From Octopus bimaculoides (lineage: Eukaryota): 64,000 nt of DNA. The notes beneath the pieces are model-generated. The model was not told the origin of the DNA. It made no database searches and worked only from the letters and a program-made list of their open reading frames with translations. Each line of letters opens with the position of its first letter. Position 1 is the stretch's first letter. Positions 1 to 11,715 of this stretch are shown in pieces. A program made the translations under genes and the position numbers. The stretch is taken from the NCBI RefSeq assembly GCF_001194135.2, contig NC_068982.1:105154014-105218013 (forward strand), given 5' to 3'.

Positions 1-290
1 CATAAATATTATTATGGGTATTAGACAGTTACCCAGAATAACAAATTACTGGAGCGATCAGGAACCTTTTGGCGATGAATATATTTCCAGTATTATGAAC
101 GAGTACGATTCGTGAAGCTGAACCAATATTTACATGTGAGAGACACTAGCAGTACCCCCCACCCCCACCCAGTACGTGGAGAACTTAGAGACAAAAATTA
201 TGCAATAGAATTGATTAAGAACCCTTTCTTTAATTATGTTCCAAATATCACATTAATATGTTGATAAATAAAAAAGTTACAGGTGTTTAA
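1..290 (+). mobile_element. Decayed piggyBac (PGBD4-like) transposase fragment
   Basis: IIMGIRQLPRITNYWSDQEPFGDEYISSIM.../RFVKLNQY resembles the piggyBac MG..RLP...DYWS......F...IMSR.RF segment. Frameshifted and running off the window start. Confidence 0.6.
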
Positions 291-329
291 TGAGACTAGT
301 CTAAATTCATGATTATTTTAGAATTTAAT

Positions 330-1382
330 TGAAACTCATGAGGAGTGTATTTTGGCCAGAAATATAGTAACGAAAGGGTTAGGGTAGAGGGGATCCCATC
401 CGAAATAGATGTGGCTTGGGTAGCAGCAGCTATTCTTTTGGGTAACGAAGAGGAAATAGCTGTTCTCCAAGCAACGAATTGGAAAGGACAAACATTGAAT
501 ATAATAATATAAAGTTCGGTGGAAAACCTAGAAAAATTTGGTGGAAACAGTACCAGTTGGAGATGCGGTATTGAGAGTCAGGGTGGAGGGCAGAACCCTT
601 CGATGTTTCAAATGTGGTCAGAAGGGGCACATTAGAGTGGACTGCCCTTCACTGACTGAGAAAAATCAAAAAGAAGTCAGGAAGGAACCAGAGAAAGCAG
701 AGGAGGGGATATAAATAAATGAGACGAATCGTGGAAAGTGATAGAAAAGAAAAACCAGAAGAAGAGAAAGAAAGCTGGTCAGACTGAATGGGAACCCCAA
801 CCCACACCCACCCTACCCACACCTTCTCAGCCCCCACCTCCCCGCAGACACCAAACCCACCCCCATTCCCCTACAACACAAAAACAAACAAAAAAAGGCA
901 CTTAAACACAGGAACCCATAAACTACCCTTGTCACTGAAAGTTGTTTTGCATGTATGTTGTTTGAAGGTGTAGATGAGGAACTTCTTAACAAAGCAATGA
1001 GATGGAAGAAAAGACGAGTGTTAAGGGGTGGCATATATGTATTTTAACATCAGAGAAACAGAAGAATGAAATAGAAAAGTATAAAGGTGGGTACAAGTGT
1101 TGGAGAGTGAACTCTGACATGAAAGAGTTGCTGGATGATATGAAGTATGAGGAACTTATAAAAGAATATGGATTGGATATTTTGGAAGGTACGGAATTTA
1201 ACGGAAAAAGGATGTAAGTGAAGCTACTCAGAGGTGGGGCGAGTAGCTTCATTTTCATTTTCTCATTCATTTTTTTCATATGCTGTCTTGTGTTTCTTTT
1301 TTTTTTCTTCCCCTTGTTTTGTGTCCCCACATGTTTCTGTATTGTCCCCTCTGTGTTTGCTTCCAGTGGGCAATAAAAAAAT
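330..1382 (+). mobile_element. Zinc-knuckle ORF1/gag-like retroelement remnant with T-rich 3' UTR and AATAAA/poly-A end (L1/Tx1-like, no RT seen)
   Basis: RVEGRTLRCFKCGQKGHIRVDCPSL (CX2CX4HX4C) near 585-650. A broken ORF continues to about 1217, then a T-rich UTR ends in gggcAATAAAAAAA (about 1372-1381). Confidence 0.55.
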
Positions 1383-2934
1383 CAGGATGTTGGTGTTGCC
1401 TTGGCGGAGGTTTGCGCTCTCTGAGTGCTCTTGTTGTTATATGCTTTCTAAGATTTGTCGAACAGTGGAAATTGAATCCATAAATGTAAGTTGCTGAACT
1501 GGATCCCAAAGAATTAGTCTTCTTCTCTGTCATCTATGTCGAATTCACTTTCCTGAGAGAAAGCGAAGAAAATTAGCCAGAACATTATAACTACTTCTAA
1601 GAGTGGAGCCTAGTAATTTGAGATTGTTGCAATAAATTAGATTGGATATTTGTGTGAAGTTAAAGATGGTTCTGTTCTGTCCAAAATCGAGAAGAAGAAA
1701 AAAAGCCATGTTAAAATTCAAGAGTTCACAGTATATGTTATAGTAAACAATCTATGACTAAGATTAGGTGGTAATTGTGTAGAAATTAACAAAACGAAAT
1801 AAACTGGTTGGCAATTTTCTGTCTAGATGAACTGAAGCAACTTCAACATGCAATATTTGCATTCAAGTATGAGCACGCACGCACACACACACACACACAC
1901 AGAGTAGCTGTTGTAATTTGGGACAAAACCTTTCAATAACAATAACCGGATGATAATGTTAAGCGGAAGATATAACAATATCTGGATTGAGATTCTATAA
2001 GCTGATAATTAATTTCTTTTAAATAGTTTCATTAATTTTCATAAAAGCTGTTTGATAATATCCACTGCGATTGCAATCAACACACTGGTGTCTCTACTCC
2101 CAGCACCAACATTCGATTCCATCACCGTTACCATACACTTGTAGCTAGTGCACTTTACTTTTGATCTCTGTGCTATAGTGGTTGTGGAGCGGTTTACTTA
2201 GAGATTTTGATGATATCCAATGCTTTGATTCTAATTTTTGAAGAGTTTAGATGCACTAATGTTGATAAGAATAAACTGATAACATCTGCGATTATATTAA
2301 GCGGCTTACACTAAATATATCTTAAATGAACCGAAATTCAGATTTGCACTAGGTCATTGTACTAGTAATGCTTTCTTCATATCAAGAGAAGTTTTTAGCT
2401 AAAAGTAAGCTTCTCTACCTAGCATTTGTTGATTTTGAGAAGGTCTTTACCAGAGTACCACGATTTGTAGTCTGGTGGTCTTTAAGAAAATTAGGTGTAG
2501 GTGAAGGTAGTGCATGCATAGAGATGCAGTCAGTAAAGTGAGAGTTGGCAATGAGTTCAATGAGGAATTGAGTGTGCAGTTAGGTATTTATCAAAACTTG
2601 TCTCTCATCCCCCTCCTTTTGTAGCTCTTCAGGCTATAGCAGAGGAGTTTAAAGTTTTGGCTGTCCATGATGCAGGTGGCCTAGTCATTATAATTGTCCA
2701 TTGAAGACTTAAAAGAAATTTCAGACATAGAGTCCAAGGCTAGAATCAAGAGGCCTTAAAGTAAACTTAGAGAAGTTTTAGAAAGTAGGAGATTAGGAAA
2801 TGTCTATGTTCAGTAAGCAGAAAAAGAGTTGGTAGGAACTCCATTCAGTGCACATGGTGTAAACTATGGGTTTACCAGAGAACTGGGATCACAGTCAGGT
2901 TGATAGTGAATAAAGGCTTAGTATGTGGCAGATG

Positions 2935-3197
2935 AGTGGAGACGCGTGGCTTAGTGGTTAGGGTGTCAGCACCATGATCGTAAGATTGTGGTTTCGATTC
3001 CTGGACGGGTGACGTGTTGTGTTCTTGAGCAAAACACTTCATTTAACGTTGCTCCAGTCCACTCGGCTGACAAAAATGAGTAACGCTGCGATGGACTGGC
3101 GTCCCGTCCAGCTGGGGAACACATACGCCATTGAAACTGGGAAACCGGGCCCATGAGCTTGGTTAGGCTTTAAAAGGGCGCATTTATTTATTTTTTT
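2935..3197 (+). mobile_element. tRNA-derived SINE with 13-bp TSD
   Basis: Head AGTGGAGACGCGTGGCTTAGTGGTTAGGG...GGTTTCGATTCC (A and B boxes), T-rich tail, perfect TSD TATGTGGCAGATG at 2922-2934 and 3198-3210. Confidence 0.9.
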
Positions 3198-3638
3198 TAT
3201 GTGGCAGATGTACAGGGGTAGTTAACAATGAAATAAATTCCTTTTGGATGGCTTCCATAGAAGTAGCTAACTTCTGTTACCTGGGCAACCTAATCAACTG
3301 TGGAAGAGGTTGCTCTGCAAAAATAGTAAACACGATAAGAACAAGGTGGAAACAGTCAAGGTGGCTATTAATCCCTGCTGGCAACAAGGTAATTCTTTTT
3401 CAAGTAAAGGGTATAAAATATGATCCTGCAAGTAGTGAGATGGCCTTGAATACAGAGGATATATAAAGTCTGGGGAAGAATGAAGCAAGCATGATCCACT
3501 GTGTGATGTTTATATGTGTATGCAATGTAGTACAGGTATACAGGTAAGTTGAGAAATGAACTAGGTATAAGAGGAATCACATGTAGTGTGCAAGAGAGAT
3601 GAATGCATTGGTATGGACATGTAATATATACAGATGAT

Positions 3639-4021
3639 TTGTTGGCACTCCGTCACTTACGATGTCGAGGGTTCCAGTTGATCCGATCAATGGAACAGCC
3701 TGCTCGTGAAATTAACGTGCAAGTGGCTGAGCACTCCACAGACACGTGTACCCTTAACGTAGTTCTCGGGGATATTCAGCGTGACACAGTGTGACAAGGA
3801 TGACCCTTTGAATTACAGGCACAACAGAAACAGGAAGAAAGAGTGAGAGAAAGTTGTGGTGAAAGAGTACAGCAGGGTTCGCCACCATCCCCTGCCGGAG
3901 CCTCGTGGAGCTTTAGGTGTTTATGCTCAATAAACACTCACAACACCTGGTCTGGGAATCGAAACCGTGATCCTATGACCGCGAGTCTGCTGCCCTAACC
4001 ACTGGGTCATTGCGCCTCCAC
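3639..4021 (-). mobile_element. tRNA-derived SINE with (CAA)n tail and 12-bp TSD
   Basis: Minus-strand head GTGGAGGCGCAATGACCCAGTGGTTAGGGCAGC...GGTTTCGATTCCC; TSD TATACAGATGAT at 3627-3638 and 4022-4033. Near-identical copy at 38407-38796. Confidence 0.9.
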
Positions 4022-5441
4022 TATACAGATGATAACAAATAGGTAAAGAAGTGCCAGCAAATTCAAGTGAAACTGTAGAAAAGAAAGACCAATAGAGAGT
4101 TATGGGCAAAAGTGGTGAGAGCAGTTACCTGGATGCTCAGCCTAGAAAAGTAGACGACAAAGGAAAAAAACAAATGGTGAAATGCTGCATTGGAGAGGAC
4201 CTGTCCAACCCATGCAAGCATAGAAAATTTGATGTAAAAATGATGCTGCCTCTGATGATGATGAATTTTCTTGTTGATTCTTGTGGATTCAGGCTACTAC
4301 TTGACTTTCCAGATTCTTTTTTACCTCTAGGTTTAGCCTACCCTAATGAATTTAACTATGATTTAGAAAACGTGTTGTTTTTTAGTTTAAGGGTTTGGTA
4401 ATGTTGATTATTTAGCTCTAGGTCAACCTTAGTCAAAGTAGGCTTACAATAAAAAGTTCCATTCTGTCTCTTTGTATATCTAGGCTGCATTGACTAATAT
4501 ATCTTGTTTTTAAAAAAGAAACAAAAGAAAGATAAGGTGTGATTTGAGAGAATTTGGCTGCTATTTCTAAAAATGTCAACTGTTCTCTTGTAGGCTCCTC
4601 TGATGAGGTAGTGATCGACGCCACACGTCTTCATGTATTTGCAAAAAAATAAAAAAAATAAAATAAAATGTTTTATCCTAAAATTTTTAGTTCTTAAAAA
4701 ATATGAATCTAGTTGTTGATGTTATTTAACCCCAGGCCAGTAGGTCTCTCTGTGGAGATGGGGTGATACCAATAACGCTGTCAGTAATGGTGGCAATAGT
4801 AATAGTGGTGGTTGTAGTTCTGATAGTGATGATGGTTATAGTGGTAGCAGTGATAATGGTGGTGGTGGTGGTGGTGGTGGTAGCAGTAGTTGTTTAACAC
4901 TAATTATGCTAAGGTAGATATCAAAGCTACCATAGCATTGTTCATTGTTCTCATTTCCCTCCCTACGTGGTCTGGCTCATTCACTACTGTATGCACCAAA
5001 GCCACTGTCATAGTATTTCAAAAGAAAGATTTTAATTAATAATCAATCTTTCAGATACCAACCAATCTTTTGAACAATCTTTCTTTCTTTCTTTCGTTCT
5101 TAACTTATTTAACAGTCACCTGACTAATTCACACATAAACACGTACATACACATAAGCGCACACACACACACCAACACATGTAGACACACATTCTCTTAG
5201 ACTAAGTCATCTGACCAATTCACTCAAAGATACACACACACACACACACACGCTCACATTATACAGAGACACATTGAAGCATGCGCAAATACATTTACAA
5301 ACATGCATTACAATAGATAAACTTACTCGTATTTAAAAAACACATACAAACACTGAGTTATAAACACATACACGGACACAGATTGTCTAGGACAGAAACG
5401 CAAATATACAAAAAAATACACATATATGCAGATAGATACTA

Positions 5442-5473
<32 letters not shown>

Positions 5474-7037
5474 ACACACAAGTAACAAACACATGCTCCA
5501 GTTTTAAGATGTATTTGTTTGATGTAAAAATTTTAATTGGATGTAAAATAATTATTTGAAGTTTAATATTACCAATACTATGTCATTGAAAAAAATATAA
5601 TCAATCATAAGAAAGTGAAACAGAATCAGTGGTAATGGTAAAGCAGAACAAAACCATTGTGAAATATATGGGGAAAAAAAGAAATTGATTTTAGTGTTAA
5701 AACTGAATGTTTTAAAACCTAATCAAGATTGCAAATATTCATTTTTTTGTTGTCCTTCCATACTTCAGACATCATCATTATCATCATGATTATCATTATC
5801 ATCATCATCTCTACCACGTCTTCCTTACCCATCATACCACTATTGCTATTTTTCTATTCAGTTTCATTTCCTACAACCAATATGTAGTTGCCAATCACTG
5901 TCTTTCTTCCATTTCCCACTACCCTACCTTCCCTCCCTCTTGCTCCTATCACTCTGTTTCCCCTTATGATGCTCATACTCTCTCTTCTGTCATCCTCTTG
6001 CTCAAGTTCTTTCTTGGTCATCACTCTCTTTTCTGTTCATCACTTCGGTCATGTTGGTCTTTGATAAATGAAGACAACATAAAACAGCATAAAACATAAG
6101 TCTTGCATGGAATAAAGCAACCTCCTTAGTACTGGTGTTACAGTAAAATGCACCCAGTACACTCTGTAAAATGATTGGCATTTCAATGAGCATCCACCCA
6201 GAGAAATCATGCCAAAATGAAATGTACCAATGAGACATGATCTTTTGACCTGTCTAGGAGGACAGTAACTCCAAATAAGAATTAAACTAGATTATGATGG
6301 CCCATCCCCACCATGCCAGCTTGGAAAGTAGACATAAAATGATAATGATCATCATCAACATCATCACTATTATCACCACCACAATTGATGTCATAATTAT
6401 CATTGTTTTGATAATAATTTTCTGCATAGAGGCATCAGATAGATGCTATTGTCGTCCTCTTTTTGTTATTTCATGAGCAATGTCTGAGATCTTCAGATGT
6501 AACCCTACTTCTTCCTACATCCTTCTGAATCTTCATTTGCCATGAGGATCATCCTTTGAAATCATAAAATTTCCATCTGGCACCCATCAGTCTGTACAAC
6601 TATAGTAATTTCTCCTTTGTATATATATATCAGCTGATAGAAACTCACTTATATCCACCCTTACATGCAGGTCACCATTACCCTGTGAAAGTATGATGCT
6701 AGCATCATTTCTTTTTTGAACAAATCTTGCAGGGCTTGGAAGTAAAATCTTTCACATTCAGTTGTCCATACTTTACTATCATGCTGCATCAAACTTCTAA
6801 TACATGTTTCCTGCAAACTGGTTTTCATAGAGAAAAAGTGGAGAAAGAGATGGAGATAGAGAGAGAGAGTGAGTGTGTGTGTGTTTATCACCAACTTCCC
6901 TAAATCTCTTGTAACACTTTCTTATTCCAGTTACTATGTTCAAATCACCAAGGTCAGTGTTTCTCACAGGACACCAGCCTCTACTCCTAAAGAGGTCTTC
7001 TGAAAATTGAAAAGAGCAGACAAATTGCTATATTTAA

Positions 7038-7257
7038 CCCTTTAGCATTTAAGCTGGCCATATCAAGCCAAAATATTCTACCTGTATTATATGTAAACCA
7101 GCCAGATCTTGCCTCTTGCACCTACCTTACAATGTCATATTAAAAACAAACAAGTACATCATTGAAATCTCAAAGCTTCAAGGTAATTCATGATTAATTC
7201 AAAACAGTGTGAATAAATAAGCTTTACATTTGACAGAATAATCTGTTTGCGAAAGGG
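7038..7257. mobile_element. piggyBac-type MITE (about 220 bp)
   Basis: TTAA flanks at 7034-7037 and 7258-7261; termini CCCTTTAGCA...TGCGAAAGGG. Homologous to the interrupted copy at 8864-9599. Confidence 0.8.
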
Positions 7258-7994
7258 TTAATAAAAAGAGATAGTTTTAAACCTCATAAAACTTGTCCAA
7301 TACCACAGCAAAGAAGAAAGAATCATATGGATGTTTTCTTGTTATGTACTTATTTATGAACTATTTAATATAGTGTATTTAGTATATAAATTATGTTATT
7401 AGATGATACTTAATATAATTAAATTGAAATGTTCAGAATATTTATTTATACAATGGATTAGTTTTATTTAGAAATTACAAGTGAAAATTGGATAAATTTG
7501 TGCCAGCATCCATGGTTATACAAGATAATTTAAATTAAAAATGTGTTTGGTTGAAAATAAAGTAGTTTGAGAAGAATAATATAAGAATGAGAGCTGGGAG
7601 AAAAATTTTTCTAAATCTTTGGCAAGCATGGATTTCTTCATGCTTTGCAGGGAAGCTTATAATGAAACTGAATCATGTTCAGAATAGCTTCCTCCTATAG
7701 TTCTTTACTGGTGGGTAAGTTGGTGCAAATTGGTCAGTACAGTTATTGCAAAAATAAGAGATATGAGTTCGATTCCCATGTGTACTGGGACCTGTTTTTT
7801 AGGTGGTGAGCTGACAGAATCGTTAGCATGCCAGGCAAAATGTTTAATGGCATTTCTGGGTCCCACTGCATGACTCCTTGGCTAAATGTCTTCTACTATA
7901 GCCCTAGGTTGAGCAATACCTTGTAAGTAGATCAAAACTTTGTAGAAGTTTGTACGAATAATAAAATAGATAACAGGAAACAAAATGTACACCA

Positions 7995-8120
7995 CCATTG
8001 CCGCCTCCATCACCACTACCACCACCATCTGCAGCAGCAACAGCAGCAGTAGCAGTAGTAGTAGTAGTAGTTGTAGTAGTAGTTGTTGTAGTAGTAGTTG
8101 TAGTAGCAGCAGCAGCAGCA
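7995..8120. repeat. (CAC)/(CAG)/(TAG)/(TTG) compound trinucleotide repeat
   Basis: Direct inspection. Confidence 0.85.
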
Positions 8121-8346
8121 AAATTTTCTATTTGCTTTTTCAGGCTGGCAGAAATTGAGATTTAGTTTATTTTATTTCTTATTGCTGTGATAGTGTTTAT
8201 GGCTGGGCACACCACTTGTCAACAACTCTTTTCAGTCACTTCTTATGATGTGCAGGGATGCAGTGTACTTTTTCTGAAACTGGGATTCATATGGCAAACA
8301 AAATAAAAGGTATTCATTGAATATATGGGTTCATTTTTTGCACAGT

Positions 8347-8723
8347 TGTTCATCTCATCATCATTGTCATCGTCGTCGTCGTCGTCGTCATCGTCATCAT
8401 CGTCATCATCGTCATCATCGTCATCATCGTCATCATCATCATCATCANNNNNNNNNNCATTGAGAAAGAAAAAAAAAACAGCATTATTACAGCGATCATC
8501 ACTATAGCTATTATTAAGGCCATTTATCATCATCGACATTATCACAATCGTCATCAAATTCATCATTATCACAGTCATCATAATCATCATCAGCATTATA
8601 ATAACCATCAACACCTTCGCATTATCACAACCCCTGTCAGCGTCAGTGTCATCATTATCATCACCATTGTCATAATCGTCGTCATCATGAACGTCATCAT
8701 CATCATCATCATCNNNNNNNNNN

Positions 8724-8760
<37 letters not shown>

Positions 8761-8762
8761 TT
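8347..8762. repeat. (CAT)n/(CGT)n trinucleotide microsatellite complex with two N gaps
   Basis: Direct inspection. Confidence 0.9.
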
Positions 8763-8863
8763 AACATCCATCTTCATGTTAGCAGTGGTTGGACTCATAT
8801 TTTTAAAAACAGATTAAGGTGGCAAGCAGGCAGGATTGTTAGTACATTGGACAAAATACTTAA

Positions 8864-9599
8864 CCCTTTAGCTTTTAAACTGACCATATCCGGCCAAAAT
8901 ACTCTACCTGTTTTATCTTCAAACTGGCCAGATCTGGTCTCCTTCACTTACCCTACAATATTATCCTAAAAATAAACAGTTACTTCATTGAAATTTCAAA
9001 GCTACAATGTTATGCATGACTAATTCCAATCAATATGAATAAATACTGTATACACTCGCGGGTAGGTTGCACTTTTTCACCAAAAATTTCAATAAAATTC
9101 AGGGGTGTGACCTATCTATTCGACATCACAGGGATCTGAAGTAGAAACCCAAGAATTTGGGTGTTTCAATCCTGGTAGAATTTAATAACTATATGTAAAT
9201 GAATAAACACTTTTCTTATGTAACATTTTTTTCTATTCTGCTTGTAATTCTAAATGTTTTCCTTGTCAAGTTGATATGTATTGATTTTTTTTTGTTGAGT
9301 TGTTTTATCAATTAGACTACTTTCATAAAGCCACTTCTGCGAAAATGTTTTAATATTTGTAAACAAAGTTTTGAAATAAAGGCAAATATTTGATAATATT
9401 TAACAAATATTAGTTATATTTACATAAAAAAAAGGGCCATGTAACTCCTCAGATTATAATGCAACCTATCTGTGAGTCAACCACAAATACCTACTTTGAC
9501 AACCCCAAACTAAGGGTGCGACCTATCCACTGGTGTGAATTATCAGCGAGTATATACTGTAAGCATTACATTTGATAGAGAAATCTGAATGCTAAAGGC
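8864..9599. mobile_element. piggyBac-type MITE interrupted by a pogo-like MITE
   Basis: TTAA at 8860-8863 and 9600-9603; sequence matches 7038-7257 once 9046-9561 is removed. Confidence 0.8.
9046..9559. mobile_element. Tc1/pogo-like MITE (514 bp)
   Basis: TA duplication (9044-45 and 9560-61); terminal inverted repeats CTGTATACACTCGC / GCGAGTATATACTG. Confidence 0.75.
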
Positions 9600-9787
9600 T
9601 TAATGACATTTCTTCTGGCTCTTTCTGTTTTGAGTTCAAATTCTGTCAAGGTTAACTTTGCCTTTCATCCTTTTGAGATTTATAAAATAAGTACCAATTG
9701 AGTACTGGGGTAAATGTAATCAAATTACCTCCCCACCCACCAAAAATTGCTGGCCTTGAGTCAAAATTAGGATATTTTAAAGAAAGA

Positions 9788-9863
9788 TTTATTCAGGAAT
9801 GACTACATGCGCACAGACATAAAATTAAAATGACAATACTTGGTTTTTTAAGATGACTTTATT
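9788..9863 (-). terminator. Candidate polyadenylation signals of the ferroxidase gene
   Basis: AATAAA on the minus strand (tttatt on plus) at 9858-9863 and 9788-9793, about 155 and 225 nt after the stop codon. Confidence 0.55.
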
Positions 9864-10016
9864 CATTTTAATACGATAAAAATAATAATTGCAATAATTT
9901 CTAGAGAAACAAAAGGAAACGTTTACAAAACCATATAGCAAAAATCTTCATCTGTGAAAAGTTAAATATATTATCTGCTTGAATATATGAAGGGCTTCTT
10001 ACAATTATGCTCAGAA

Positions 10017-10321
10017 TTAGGGCATATTTTCAACTGTATAGATTGTGTTCATACCCCCTATGATGTGGTCATCAACGTGGCAATGGAGTAACCATTTACC
10101 TGGGTTTTCAGGAACCATGACGATGGTTTTAAATGCACCAGGCCATAGATCCAATGTATCTTTTCTATGTTTGTAGTCTGTATAATGGAGAAATGTGTTG
10201 CCATGGAAATGAACAGAATGTATGTCAACTTCAGTTCCCAATCCTATTAAAAACCAGTAGACTTTATCTTGTTTCACCATATTCAGACCTTTCAATGCTC
10301 CAAAGAGAAAACCATTAATTG
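10017..10321 (-). CDS. Multicopper ferroxidase terminal exon E13 (domain 6, stop)
   Basis: 30-nt poly-T tract then ttttgcag|CA. AINGFLFGALKGLNMVKQDKVYWFLIGLGTEVDIHSVHFHGNTF...GKWLLHCHVDDHIIGGMNTIYTVENMP*; TAA at 10019-10017. Complete HxxHxH and HCHxxxHxxxxM motifs. Confidence 0.96.
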
Positions 10322-10332
10322 CTGCAAAAGTG

Positions 10333-10364
<32 letters not shown>

Positions 10365-10644
10365 TTGTTTGTAGTATTTGTTTTTATTTTGGCAACTACA
10401 GCAATGATTGCTTTACATAACACTTATAATATTCATTCTGAAGATGGGTGTAAAAGCTATGAACTATGACATTAGCAAACTTGAACATCTTTTTATAAAA
10501 TATTCTACTAATTGAAATGATTATTATGAGAAATGATATTAAATAGTGCAGAAATGTGGAGTAGATAAAAATAGTTTATGTTGTTGTTTAGCCCTAGGTC
10601 AACTTTGATTAAATGGACTTTTGATCAAATGTATTTAAGTTGTG

Positions 10645-10840
10645 ACACCTATGACATGTAAAAGACACCCAGTATACTCTGTAAAGTGGGTGGTGTTAGA
10701 AAGGCATCCATCCACAGAAACCAAGCCAAAACAGGCAAGTGGAGCCTCATGTAGCACTCTGACTTGCCAGCTCTGATCAAACTGCCTAACTCATGCCAGC
10801 ATGAGAAATGGATGTTAAATGATGATGATGATGATGATAG
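10645..10840 (+). mobile_element. Truncated RTE 3'-UTR copy (representative)
   Basis: aaagacacccagtatactctg..tagaaaggcatccatcc..actcatgccagcatg..gttaaat(gat)n. Similar copies at about 6130-6330, 21660-21880, 24140-24292, 25180-25441, 31855-32240, 37530-37680 and 40600-40745. Confidence 0.75.
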
Positions 10841-11715
10841 TGTATCTAAGATTATATTATCCAATATGTCCTCCCTTTTTTAAGATGAATATGATTTGAG
10901 GGATTTGCCTTTCTAAGCAGTTTGTACGACCATATGCATATTCTGATTTCAAACCCTTCCAAGGTTGACTTTGCTTTTCTTCTCCTCATTCCCAGAGTCA
11001 AAATAAAAGACCAGCTAAACACTAGACTCAGTGACAACACCTAACACTCTCCTCTCAAAATTACTGGCCTTGTGCCTAAATTAGAAACATCATCATTTTG
11101 ATGTCCAGTTTTCCATGGATTAGATGGGATTTATTTCAAACAGATTTTCTATGGCCAGATACTTTTCTGTTGTCACCCTTCACCTTTTTCCAAGCAAGAT
11201 AATATTTCCAATGTACTCACAGAATATAGGAAATGAATGATACTGCTTGTACAACAGTGACACTCATTTACAACTGTCACACTATGTCAAGCCAAGGACA
11301 CAGACACACGCACACACGCACACACACACACACACACCCTCGCCCCTACACACACATATGTACAACTGGCTTTTTTCAGTTTCTGTCTCCCAAATCCTTT
11401 CACAAGGCTTTGGTCAGCTCTGGGATATAGTAGAGGATGCCTGAGGTGCCATGCAGTGGGACCGAACCTGGAACCATGTGGTTGGAAAAATAACTTCTTA
11501 TCACACAGCCACACCTGCACTGTTGTTATTATATCATTAACAGTAATATTATTATTATTTTTAAGGTGGCAAGCTGGTTGAATTGTTTGCAGGCTGGTTT
11601 TACATTCTGGGCTCAACTTTGCCTTTCATCCTTTTGGGGGCTGATAAAATGAATACCAGAAAGGATTATTATTATTATCATCATCCTCATCACCATTACT
11701 ATTATCATTATTATT

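Larger units (their letters stand above)
2400..4130 (+). mobile_element. Degraded RTE/RTEX-clade LINE ORF2 remnant, interrupted by two SINEs
   Basis: AFVDFEKVFTRVPRFVVWWSLRKLGV (about 2420), FCYLGNLINCGRGCS...RWKQ (3248-3466 ORF) and RLHWYGHV (about 3600); the frame resumes after each SINE. Confidence 0.8.
8815..9775 (+). mobile_element. (ATT)-tail family tRNA-SINE hosting the two MITEs
   Basis: Head aaggtggcaagcaggcaggattgttag...ggacaaaatac resumes after 9603 as tgacatttcttctggctc...gagttcaaattc...ctttgcctttcatcc, matching other copies of the family. Confidence 0.7.

Noticed and set aside
2935-3010. tRNA genes at SINE heads (also at 3950-4021, 47358-47430 and others)
   Set aside because: A and B boxes are present, but each continues into a SINE body and tail with TSDs, and I could not form a full cloverleaf.
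7882-8121. Poly-Leu/Val ORF on the minus strand as a possible transmembrane exon for the ferroxidase
   Set aside because: It is the translation of a CAG/TAG/CAC microsatellite, lies beyond the stop codon and poly-A signals, and has no supported splice link.
8243-8767. 174-aa poly-Asp ORF (acidic biomineralisation-type protein)
   Set aside because: It comes from (CAT)n repeats spanning N gaps and shows no gene structure.
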